From a bacterium HR30 (GTDB lineage Bacteria; Desulfobacterota; Binatia; HRBIN30): DNA of 63,199 nt. A program made the position numbers and the translations under genes. The notes beneath the pieces were generated by a model that worked only from the letters and a program-made list of their open reading frames with translations, searched no databases and was not told where the DNA came from. Shown here in pieces: positions 26,154 to 34,069 of the stretch. The stretch spans positions 1-63,199 of the forward strand of contig BEIG01000003.1 of NCBI GenBank assembly GCA_002898795.1, in the 5' to 3' direction. Position 1 is the first letter of the stretch, and each line of letters opens with the position of its first letter.

Positions 26154-29100
26154 ATCTTTGCTCCCAAGCTCACCCGATACACGACGCGCACTCGAACATT
26201 TTGGCGTCGCGTGGGAACGGCTTTGCAACTTCCTCAACGGGCCAGGAGCAGGTTGGTTCCCGCCGGAACTGTTGCCGTTGCTCCCCGAAATGCTGGCTTC
26301 GGCCGCCGATCCCGCAGCGGCTCTGGCGAGCTTAGAGCGTTTGGCTGATCTAGGCGGCACGGAGCAGGCGGAACAGAAGGAAAAGCAATGGTGGGTGGAT
26401 CTCCTGATTTTGCTCGGAGGTAGTCCGTCGCTGGCCAACTGGCTTGTAGCGCAGGGGCTGGGATGGGTGGGTGTTTTTCAGTCCACGCGGCAAGCCACGA
26501 AGGCCACGGCTGCGGAGCACGTGGAGCGATTGGCGGAATTCATTCCGTGCTCGTGGCCGGCCTTTGCCGATGCACTCAGGCACTACCGGCATCGAGAATA
26601 CCTGCGCATCGCTCTTCATGATTTGCTTGGCAGGTATTCGGTGGAAGATACCTGGCGCGAACTGAGTGAACTCGCCGCCGGAGTCGTGGAGTGCGCTTAT
26701 CGGTGGGCCCGCCATCGTGTGGAAGAGGATCACGGCAGGCAGCTCGAACCATCATTGACAGGGGCGAGATTTGTCGTTTTGGGCATGGGCAAGCTCGGAG
26801 GAAACGAGCTGAATTTCAGTTCTGATATCGACCTGGTGTACTTGTACGAATCTACCGAGGGCCCAAGCCTGGATGACACAGCGGAAACCCTTTCGCCCCG
26901 CGCGTATTTTACCCGGTTGGCGGAATGGCTGACGCGAGCGCTGCAGGAGGTGACCGCGTCGGGCTTTGCGTTCCGTGTCGACTTGCGGTTGCGTCCGGAC
27001 GGAATCAACGGCCCGATCGTGAACTCCGTGTCGAATGCGCTGCTGTATTACGAGTCGTACGGCCAAACTTGGGAACGCACCGCGCTTCTCAAGGCTCGGC
27101 CCGTGGCGGGGAATTTGGAGCTCGGGGAACGCTTCCTCATGGACGTGCGCCCGTTTGTATTTCGGCGCTACCTCGACTTTGCCACCCTCGCAGACATGCA
27201 ACGAATGAAGGCGCAAATTGATGCCGAGCTCAAAAAAAAGGGTGACGACTACAATGTGAAACTCGGCCGCGGCGGCATTCGTGAGATCGAATTTTTGGTG
27301 CAAACGCTGCAACTGGTTCATGGCGGGCGGGACGAGCGGGTGCGTTGTCGCTCCACTGTGGAAGCTCTCGAACGCTTGGCCGCCTGCCGGTACTTACCTC
27401 GTGCGGATGCGCAGGCACTGATCTCCGCCTACCGTTTCCTGCGAAACGTGGAGCACAAGCTACAAGTTGAGGCGCAGCGCCAAACCCACACCATTCCTGC
27501 CGATCCCCTGAAGCAAGACATCCTCGCTCGACGTCTGGGTTACCACGGTGAGAGCCCTCGGGAAGCGTTTTGGAAAGAACTCGGCCAGCATACGGAAAGT
27601 GTGCGGCAGGCATTCGAGAAGCTGTTTTTTCAGCCTGCCACGGAGCGACGAGCCCAGGTTGTCGATGCTGAGGAGCGCATTATCCAAGCGCTTGCCGATC
27701 GTGAGGAGGCTGTGGGTCTTCTCGGCGCTCTCGGCTTTCGTGATCCGGAGCTCAGTTACGAACACTTGTTGTTCTTGCGCGACGGCCCACCGTCTGCACC
27801 TTCGAGCCCGCGGCGGCGGCAGGTTTTGTTCGAGCTCATGCCAAGCTTGTTGGCCACCATGCGCCAGTCTCCCTACCCGGATCTCGCGCTTCAAAACATG
27901 GCTAGTTTCATCGCCGCGGTGGGAGCCCGCACGAGTTTCCTCATGCTACTGCGGGAGAACCCGGGCACCATGCGCATGCTGGTCCGAGTGTTCGCCACGA
28001 GCCAGTACCTGGCCAATCAGTTCATTCGCCACCCGGAACTCTTGGACTCACTGGTCCGCGCCGACCTCGTTCGCGTGCGCCGTAGCCGCGATGAGTTGTC
28101 GGCCGATTTGGCGAGCTTCCTTGACGCAGCCGAGGACTTCGAAGCAAAGCTCGATGCGTTGCGGCGTTTCCGAAACCAGGAATTTTTGCGGATCGGAGTG
28201 AACTGTGTCGAGGATTTGCTGACGGAAGAAGAGGTTGGCGAGGAACTGACCACTTTGGCTGACGTGTGCGTGGAGGCAGCGGTGGATGTGGCTGCCAGTG
28301 AAACGCGGAGGAAATTTGGACTAACCCGTTTACCCGGACGTCTAGTTATTCTCGGTTTAGGCAAGCTCGGCGCCGGCGAGCTTAACTTCAACTCCGACTT
28401 GGACTTAATTTTTGTGTACGATCCCTTCCAGGACGCCGAAGGGGCCGTTACGCCTCACGAGGTCTTCACCTGGTTGGCCCAGCGCCTCATCACGATTTTG
28501 CAGGTGCCGACGAAGGAAGGGATCGTTTACCGCATCGACACTCGCTTGCGCCCTTCGGGTCACTCGGGGCCTCTCGTTTCTTCTCTCACGGCATTTCGTC
28601 TGTACCACGAGCAGAGTGCACAGGTCTGGGAGCGTCAGGCTCTGATTAAAGCGCGCCCTGTGTCCGGGGAAGAAACTTTGGCTCGAGAAGTTGCGGAAGT
28701 GGTGGAAACATTTGTTTACCGTGCGCCGCTACGGCCTGAAGACGTGCGAGAGATTCGCCGCTTGCGGGGGCGGATGGAACGGGAGTTGGCTCGAGAGCGC
28801 TCGGATCACATCAATATTAAGACGGGCCGCGGCGGCCTGGTGGACATTGAATTTCTCGTTCAGATGTTGCAGCTTCATTGTGGGTTTACTCAGCCGCGCG
28901 TTCGGCAGCGGGCCACGTTGTCGGCGCTGGCCGCGTTAGGGGAGCTGCGGATTTTGCCGGAGACCGATGCGCAGGTACTTGCCTCGGGATACCGATTTTT
29001 GCGCCGGCTGGAACAAAGCCTGCGCTTACTGCACGACCGCCCGGTGGAAGATCTCGAACGGCATGATCTAGACCTGGTCGTTGTGGCCCGCCGGCTCGGC

Positions 29101-29232
29101 TTTGGCCACGCCCCTGATCCGGCGCAAGCACTCTGGCAGGAGTACGTGACGCGGCGCGAGACCATTCGCTGTCTCTATGAGTCTTGGTTCGACCGAGCTG
29201 AACGTGGCGAGTTGAAGTGCACTGCGGGATAG
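26137..29232 (+). CDS. glnE: Bifunctional glutamine synthetase adenylyltransferase/adenylyl-removing enzyme
   Basis: Two NTase motifs (GMGKLGGNELNFSSDIDL; GLGKLGAGELNFNSDLDL), RVDLRLRPDG, RIDTRLRPSG, and KLGRGGIREIEF/KTGRGGLVDIEF. Start is uncertain (GTG 26137 or TTG 26158). Confidence 0.95.
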   Translation: MKATTESLLPSSPDTRRALEHFGVAWERLCNFLNGPGAGWFPPELLPLLPEMLASAADPAAALASLERLADLGGTEQAEQKEKQWWVDLLILLGGSPSLANWLVAQGLGWVGVFQSTRQATKATAAEHVERLAEFIPCSWPAFADALRHYRHREYLRIALHDLLGRYSVEDTWRELSELAAGVVECAYRWARHRVEEDHGRQLEPSLTGARFVVLGMGKLGGNELNFSSDIDLVYLYESTEGPSLDDTAETLSPRAYFTRLAEWLTRALQEVTASGFAFRVDLRLRPDGINGPIVNSVSNALLYYESYGQTWERTALLKARPVAGNLELGERFLMDVRPFVFRRYLDFATLADMQRMKAQIDAELKKKGDDYNVKLGRGGIREIEFLVQTLQLVHGGRDERVRCRSTVEALERLAACRYLPRADAQALISAYRFLRNVEHKLQVEAQRQTHTIPADPLKQDILARRLGYHGESPREAFWKELGQHTESVRQAFEKLFFQPATERRAQVVDAEERIIQALADREEAVGLLGALGFRDPELSYEHLLFLRDGPPSAPSSPRRRQVLFELMPSLLATMRQSPYPDLALQNMASFIAAVGARTSFLMLLRENPGTMRMLVRVFATSQYLANQFIRHPELLDSLVRADLVRVRRSRDELSADLASFLDAAEDFEAKLDALRRFRNQEFLRIGVNCVEDLLTEEEVGEELTTLADVCVEAAVDVAASETRRKFGLTRLPGRLVILGLGKLGAGELNFNSDLDLIFVYDPFQDAEGAVTPHEVFTWLAQRLITILQVPTKEGIVYRIDTRLRPSGHSGPLVSSLTAFRLYHEQSAQVWERQALIKARPVSGEETLAREVAEVVETFVYRAPLRPEDVREIRRLRGRMERELARERSDHINIKTGRGGLVDIEFLVQMLQLHCGFTQPRVRQRATLSALAALGELRILPETDAQVLASGYRFLRRLEQSLRLLHDRPVEDLERHDLDLVVVARRLGFGHAPDPAQALWQEYVTRRETIRCLYESWFDRAERGELKCTAG

Positions 29233-29254
29233 CAGCGTACCGACGCAAGTTTTG

Positions 29255-29283
29255 TTGACTGCCCCGAAACGGTGAGCTAGCGA
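29255..29283 (+). promoter_or_regulatory. Candidate sigma70 promoter for ilvE
   Basis: TTGACT-N17-TAGCGA, 22 nt before the GTG start. The -10 match is weak. Confidence 0.4.
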
Positions 29284-29305
29284 ACTCACCTTCGAGGAGC
29301 GGCTG

Positions 29306-30223
29306 GTGGAGAAAACCCAATACATTTGGCTCGATGGCCAGTTTGTACCATGGGATCAAGCGCAGGTTCATGTGCTCACGCACACGCTCCATTACGGGTT
29401 GGGGGTCTTCGAAGGCATCCGTTGCTACGAGGGAACCAAGGGGGGCGCTTGGATCTTTCGTTTGCCGGAGCACATCGAGCGGCTGTTTAGCTCCGCCCAT
29501 ATTCTCGGGATAGAAATCCCGTTCCCCCGTTCGGCCATCGAAGCAGCGTGTGTGGAGTCGATCCGGATCAACCGCTTAAGGGCGGGGTACATTCGTCCGT
29601 TGGTCTTCTTAGGGGATGGCGAAATGGGATTGGCCGCTGTTCAGAACCCGGTGCGGGTTGCCATCGCTGTGTGGCCCTGGGGTGCGTATTTGGGCGATGA
29701 AGGAGTGCGCCATGGCGTGCGGCTGAAAACCTCGTCTTTTCAAAGGATGCACGTGAATACCTTTATGACCAAGGCCAAAGCTGTGGGGAACTACGTGAAC
29801 TCCATCTTGGCGGCCATAGAGGCGAGGAAAGCTGGTTACGACGAAGCCATGATGCTCGACACAGAGGGCTTCGTCGCTGAGTGCAGTGGAGAAAACCTCT
29901 TTATTGTGAGGAGAGGCGTAGTGAAAACGCCTCCGCTGACATCCGTTCTCGAAGGCATTACTCGCGCTTCGGTGCTGACCTTACTGGATTCCATGGCCGT
30001 GCGCTGCGTGGAGGAACGCTTTACTCGCGACGAGGCATACATCGCAGATGAAGTCTTCATGACGGGCACGGCGGCCGAAGTCACTCCCGTTCGGGAAATC
30101 GATGGTCGTCTGATCGGTAGTGGAATGCCGGGACCGATTACCCGTGCATTACAGGAGCGTTTTCGTGCGGTGGTGTGTGGCGAGGTGGAGCAGTACCGCC
30201 ACTGGCTTACCCCTGTGGATTGA
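29306..30223 (+). CDS. ilvE: Branched-chain amino acid aminotransferase
   Basis: Motifs [41 protein letters not shown] and [14 protein letters not shown]. Confidence 0.97.
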   Translation: MEKTQYIWLDGQFVPWDQAQVHVLTHTLHYGLGVFEGIRCYEGTKGGAWIFRLPEHIERLFSSAHILGIEIPFPRSAIEAACVESIRINRLRAGYIRPLVFLGDGEMGLAAVQNPVRVAIAVWPWGAYLGDEGVRHGVRLKTSSFQRMHVNTFMTKAKAVGNYVNSILAAIEARKAGYDEAMMLDTEGFVAECSGENLFIVRRGVVKTPPLTSVLEGITRASVLTLLDSMAVRCVEERFTRDEAYIADEVFMTGTAAEVTPVREIDGRLIGSGMPGPITRALQERFRAVVCGEVEQYRHWLTPVD

Positions 30224-30250
30224 CCTGTGGCACTTTCGGCGCAATTTGAA

Positions 30251-30279
30251 TTGACACAGCCGGACGATCCGATTATAAG
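30251..30279 (+). promoter_or_regulatory. Near-consensus sigma70 promoter for pair A1-B1
   Basis: TTGACA (30251-30256), 17-nt spacer, TATAAG (30274-30279). Confidence 0.85.
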
Positions 30280-30368
30280 CGCGCTGCCTGGATGTGGGTG
30301 GTGCAGAGGAAGAGGAAAGCGCCGTGTGGCGGGCCTTGGCGACGGGGGACGCGACGGAGGTACGGGGA

Positions 30369-31559
30369 GTGAAGGGTAAACTGAGCCGTTGGGTGGTTCG
30401 ATGTGCCATCGTCACCGGGGTCCTCTCTGGAAGCTTCCTGCCTGCGTTGTGTGTGCGCGCTGAGGTTACGGTGGAACGTGGAAGTTCCGTTCTGATTTTT
30501 CCCAAGGTGATTTCGGACTCCGATGGTTTGCTCACCCGCGGTTATCCGGTGGAAACCATCATCCAAATTTCCAATACCTCGAACTCGTTGGCGTTTGCGC
30601 ATTGCTTTTACGTCAATGCTGCCCCGCTCGACCCACGGCAGCCCCCAGGTCCCTTTAATCCACCGCAGTGGCAAGAAGTGGACTTTGATATTGTGCTGAC
30701 CAAGCAGCAGCCGACGTACTGGGTGGTGGGTCAAGGTAGAAGGGTGGATCCGACCGATCCTCAATGTAGCCGCGTTCCGCCGGTGCTCAATTGTCCCAAC
30801 GCGGGATTCGATCCAGGAGCCATCCCAGCCGTGCCACCGAATTTCCAGGGGCAGCTCGTTTGTATCGAGGTCGATGCGGCGGGCGCGCCGTTGAACGGTA
30901 ATCGCCTCAAGGGTGAGGCGACCTTGGTTACTCCCGTAACCCGTACGGTTCAGAATGTTACGATGCGTCAGGGCGAGGTAAGCAAATACAACGCAGTGGG
31001 AATCGTTGGTCTTAACACGGATACTAACTCCAACGACGGTGACCTCACCCTGTGTCTCGGCGGCCCGCCGCGGCCTGGTTGCCCTAGTGGCGCAGAATAC
31101 AACGCGTGCCCTGATGCGGTGATCTTGAATCACTTCGCTGACCGTGCCTCGATGCCAGCGTTGCCCGTGAACGACATCCCCAATTCCCGTGTGGATACCG
31201 AGGTGACGCTGGTGCCATGCACGCAGGATTTCGAAAACCAGGTGCCGGGGACAGTGGTGGTGCAGTTTCGGGTGACCAATGAGTTCGAAAATCTGTTTTC
31301 TGCCAGCACGACCGTAACATGTTGGTCGAACTTCCGCCTGTCAGAGGTGGCTCGGATTTTTGATTTGAGCTTCCTTGGGACGCGATTTGCCCAAACCCGG
31401 ATGTTCCCTGGTGGCCCAGAGCAGCCTGGGTTCGTTGGCGTTTCGGAAGAGTTTTATAATGACGGACGAGGCATGCTTTCGCGCGCGGCGCTCAACTTGC
31501 TCGTAGAAGGGGAGCGTGCTCGCGGAGACATGATCACCATCCCTGAGGTGGCGCCATGA
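30369..31559 (+). CDS. Secreted Cys-rich protein of unknown family, subtype A (A1)
   Basis: GTG at 30369 with GGAGG 8 nt upstream. Signal peptide ends CVRA|E. Paralogous to the next three genes. 9 Cys in the mature chain. Confidence 0.85.
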   Translation: MKGKLSRWVVRCAIVTGVLSGSFLPALCVRAEVTVERGSSVLIFPKVISDSDGLLTRGYPVETIIQISNTSNSLAFAHCFYVNAAPLDPRQPPGPFNPPQWQEVDFDIVLTKQQPTYWVVGQGRRVDPTDPQCSRVPPVLNCPNAGFDPGAIPAVPPNFQGQLVCIEVDAAGAPLNGNRLKGEATLVTPVTRTVQNVTMRQGEVSKYNAVGIVGLNTDTNSNDGDLTLCLGGPPRPGCPSGAEYNACPDAVILNHFADRASMPALPVNDIPNSRVDTEVTLVPCTQDFENQVPGTVVVQFRVTNEFENLFSASTTVTCWSNFRLSEVARIFDLSFLGTRFAQTRMFPGGPEQPGFVGVSEEFYNDGRGMLSRAALNLLVEGERARGDMITIPEVAP

Positions 31560-32737
31560 GCCGACATCGAATTTGGGTCACCATCTTGGCTGCGCTAGGG
31601 ATTGTCGGTTCTGCCGCGGCCCAACAGGTAGCTTCTGACCGAGCTGCTGCCATCCTTGTGTTCCCGAAAGTAGTGGTGGACACGGCCAACAGCGCCGGCC
31701 GGGGTCGGTTGGACACCCTCATCCGGATTAGCAACACCCTGAACAAGCCGGTCCGGATGCAATGTTTCTGGGTCAACGCGAACGGTCACTGTTTCAACGC
31801 TCCCGGGATCATTTGCGATCCTACGCTGCTGCCGCGGGACAATCGCTGCCCCTCGAACTCGGTGTGCGTGCCCGGTTGGCAGGAAACGGATTTCATCGTG
31901 CAGCTCACGGCGCGTCAGCCTGTGGCGTGGCTTGCCTCGATGGGCGCGACGCTTTGCAGTGATACGGCTGATCCGAACCTGCCCTGCTTCCCCATAGGCG
32001 GGGCCGGTCGGCCGAGCCCCACGAACAACTTGGAAAGCCGCGTGCCCGCCGTGCAAGAGGACCCGTTTGTCGGGGCGTTGAAGTGCATAGCTGTCGACCA
32101 GAACGATGTGCCCATCGAAGATAATGCGCTGAAAGGCGAAGCGTTAATTGTCCGCTCGGACGTGCAAAACAGCTCGAACTTCTTCGATGTGCGTGCCTAT
32201 AACGCGGTGGGGATTCCGGCTCTTCCGGGCCGGAACAATCGAGACAACGTGTTGGTCTTAGGTGGCAACGGTGCCGAGTACTCGGGATGCCCCAACGTGC
32301 TGATCCTCGACCACTTCTTCGACGGGGCAGAGGATCCCGTTACGCGGCAGTCCATCAGCACAACGCTGACGTTGGTTCCTTGCACCGAAGACTTTCTTAC
32401 GCAGCGGCCAACGGCGATGCCGATTCAGTTCTTGGTGTTCAACGAGTTCGAGCAGCGGTTTTCCACGAGCTTCCGCGACTTCAACTGCTTCCGGGAATTT
32501 CGCCTTTCGGAAATCGATACACGTGTGCCCACGTTTTCGATCTTCCACGCTGGGGTTTCGGGTACGCTCACGGGGCAGACCCGGATTCGGGGTGTGGCGA
32601 GCAACGATCGCACGCGAGGGCAGACGGTTCTGGGGGTTGCGGAAGAGATTCGGTCTGGTGGGGGAAGCGCTGCGTTCCAGTTGCACATGCAAGGGGCTCG
32701 TCCCCAAAGTGACTTCGTTTACCTGCCGATTCAGTGA
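31556..32737 (+). CDS. Secreted Cys-rich protein of unknown family, subtype B (B1)
   Basis: ATGA overlap with the A1 stop. Signal peptide ends SAAA|Q. 11 Cys in the mature chain. Confidence 0.88.
   Translation: MSRHRIWVTILAALGIVGSAAAQQVASDRAAAILVFPKVVVDTANSAGRGRLDTLIRISNTLNKPVRMQCFWVNANGHCFNAPGIICDPTLLPRDNRCPSNSVCVPGWQETDFIVQLTARQPVAWLASMGATLCSDTADPNLPCFPIGGAGRPSPTNNLESRVPAVQEDPFVGALKCIAVDQNDVPIEDNALKGEALIVRSDVQNSSNFFDVRAYNAVGIPALPGRNNRDNVLVLGGNGAEYSGCPNVLILDHFFDGAEDPVTRQSISTTLTLVPCTEDFLTQRPTAMPIQFLVFNEFEQRFSTSFRDFNCFREFRLSEIDTRVPTFSIFHAGVSGTLTGQTRIRGVASNDRTRGQTVLGVAEEIRSGGGSAAFQLHMQGARPQSDFVYLPIQ
32431..32470 (+). repeat. Exact 40-nt direct repeat, copy 1 (in B1)
   Basis: CTTGGTGTTCAACGAGTTCGAGCAGCGGTTTTCCACGAGC, identical to 34975-35014. 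Confidence 0.95.
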
Positions 32738-32765
32738 GAAGGCTATGAAAATCGGCTCTTTTAGC

Positions 32766-32794
32766 TTGACAAGGTGGAACTGTGCAGATATAAG
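32766..32794 (+). promoter_or_regulatory. Near-consensus sigma70 promoter for pair A2-B2
   Basis: TTGACA (32766-32771), 17-nt spacer, TATAAG (32789-32794). Both hexamers and the spacing are identical to the A1 promoter. Confidence 0.85.
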
Positions 32795-32860
32795 GCCGAC
32801 ACTCAATCGAGGGGTTCGCCCTGGCGAACACGGTGCGGCGTGATCGAAAGGAGGAGGGTA

Positions 32861-34015
32861 ATGCGTAGGCAGCGAGGGCTAGTTGGGCTCATGGGACTCG
32901 CGGCGTTGGTCGGTTGGGGTGTTAATGCCCGATTGGCTGAAGCCCGCGTCACTACGGAGCAGAGCGCATCGATTCTGGTGTTTCCGAAGGTGATTGCCAC
33001 CGCGAGCCGGGACACGGTAATCCAAATCACGAACACCTCGAACAATATGCGGCATGCGCACTGCTTTTACGTCGATGGATCGCCGGTGAATCCGGAGCTT
33101 CCGCCTGGTCCATTCAATCCTCCGCGCTGGGTGGAGACGGACTTCGATATTTGGCTCACTCGCCAGCAGCCAACTCACTGGGTGGTTTCCACTGGTCGGT
33201 GGGATGATCCGACAGATGCCTCGTGCCGGGCTGTCGCTTGTAATCCAGGGAACAGCGGTGGCAGCAATGGTACTGCCGATTGCTGTGACGCGGGGTTTGA
33301 CCCCGGCCGCATTCCCCCGATGGGGCCGAACTTCACGGGAGAGCTGAAGTGTATTGAGGTCGATGCATCTGGCTTCCCCGTGCCGGGCAACTCATTGAAG
33401 GGGGAGGCGACCTTGGTCGACCGCGATGCTGGTTCGAGCTTCGATGTCTCGAAGTACAACGCGATTGGACTCAAAGGCTTTGACACCAACAATATGGATG
33501 GTGTGCTTTGCTTGGGTGGTGGAGTCAATGCTTCCTGCCCGTCCGGTGCGGAGTACGAGGCATGCCCACAAACATGGATCCTCGATACGCCGTCGATTGG
33601 TGCCGAGAACCCTGTGCTCGGAGAGGGTAGTCGTGCCTCGGTTGAGCTCACAGTGGTTCCGTGTTCCCAAAACTTCGAGACCCAAGAACTAACGTCGGTT
33701 ACTCTTCAGTTTGCGATCACGAACGAGTACGAGCAGACCTTTTCGGCTTCCACAACCGTTACCTGTTGGGCGACTTGGGCGCTCGATGACATCAATCCGA
33801 TCTTTGACGTAAACGCCGTGGGTGGGAACGTACTGCAAACGCGTATTCGAGCTGCCGCGGGAACACCACGTGGGATTATGGCGGTGGTGGAGGAAACTGT
33901 GTCGGCACCGGGCTTAGGCCGAGCGCGAGTTGCCCACAACCCGCATAACAGTTTTGCTGATCAGTCGGGGCAAGACCTGATCGTGATTCCGGCTGACCAG
34001 ATCCAGGCCCCGTAA
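32861..34015 (+). CDS. Secreted Cys-rich protein of unknown family, subtype A (A2)
   Basis: ATG at 32861 after AGGAGGAGG. Signal peptide ends AEA|R. Shares PPGPFNPP, GFDPG.IP, CPSGAEY.ACP and FSASTTVTCW with A1. 11 Cys. Confidence 0.88.
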   Translation: MRRQRGLVGLMGLAALVGWGVNARLAEARVTTEQSASILVFPKVIATASRDTVIQITNTSNNMRHAHCFYVDGSPVNPELPPGPFNPPRWVETDFDIWLTRQQPTHWVVSTGRWDDPTDASCRAVACNPGNSGGSNGTADCCDAGFDPGRIPPMGPNFTGELKCIEVDASGFPVPGNSLKGEATLVDRDAGSSFDVSKYNAIGLKGFDTNNMDGVLCLGGGVNASCPSGAEYEACPQTWILDTPSIGAENPVLGEGSRASVELTVVPCSQNFETQELTSVTLQFAITNEYEQTFSASTTVTCWATWALDDINPIFDVNAVGGNVLQTRIRAAAGTPRGIMAVVEETVSAPGLGRARVAHNPHNSFADQSGQDLIVIPADQIQAP

Positions 34016-34069
34016 GGGTGCGGTGTCATGCGAGGACAAAGGCTACGTCCTAGGAATGGGGAAAGGAGA

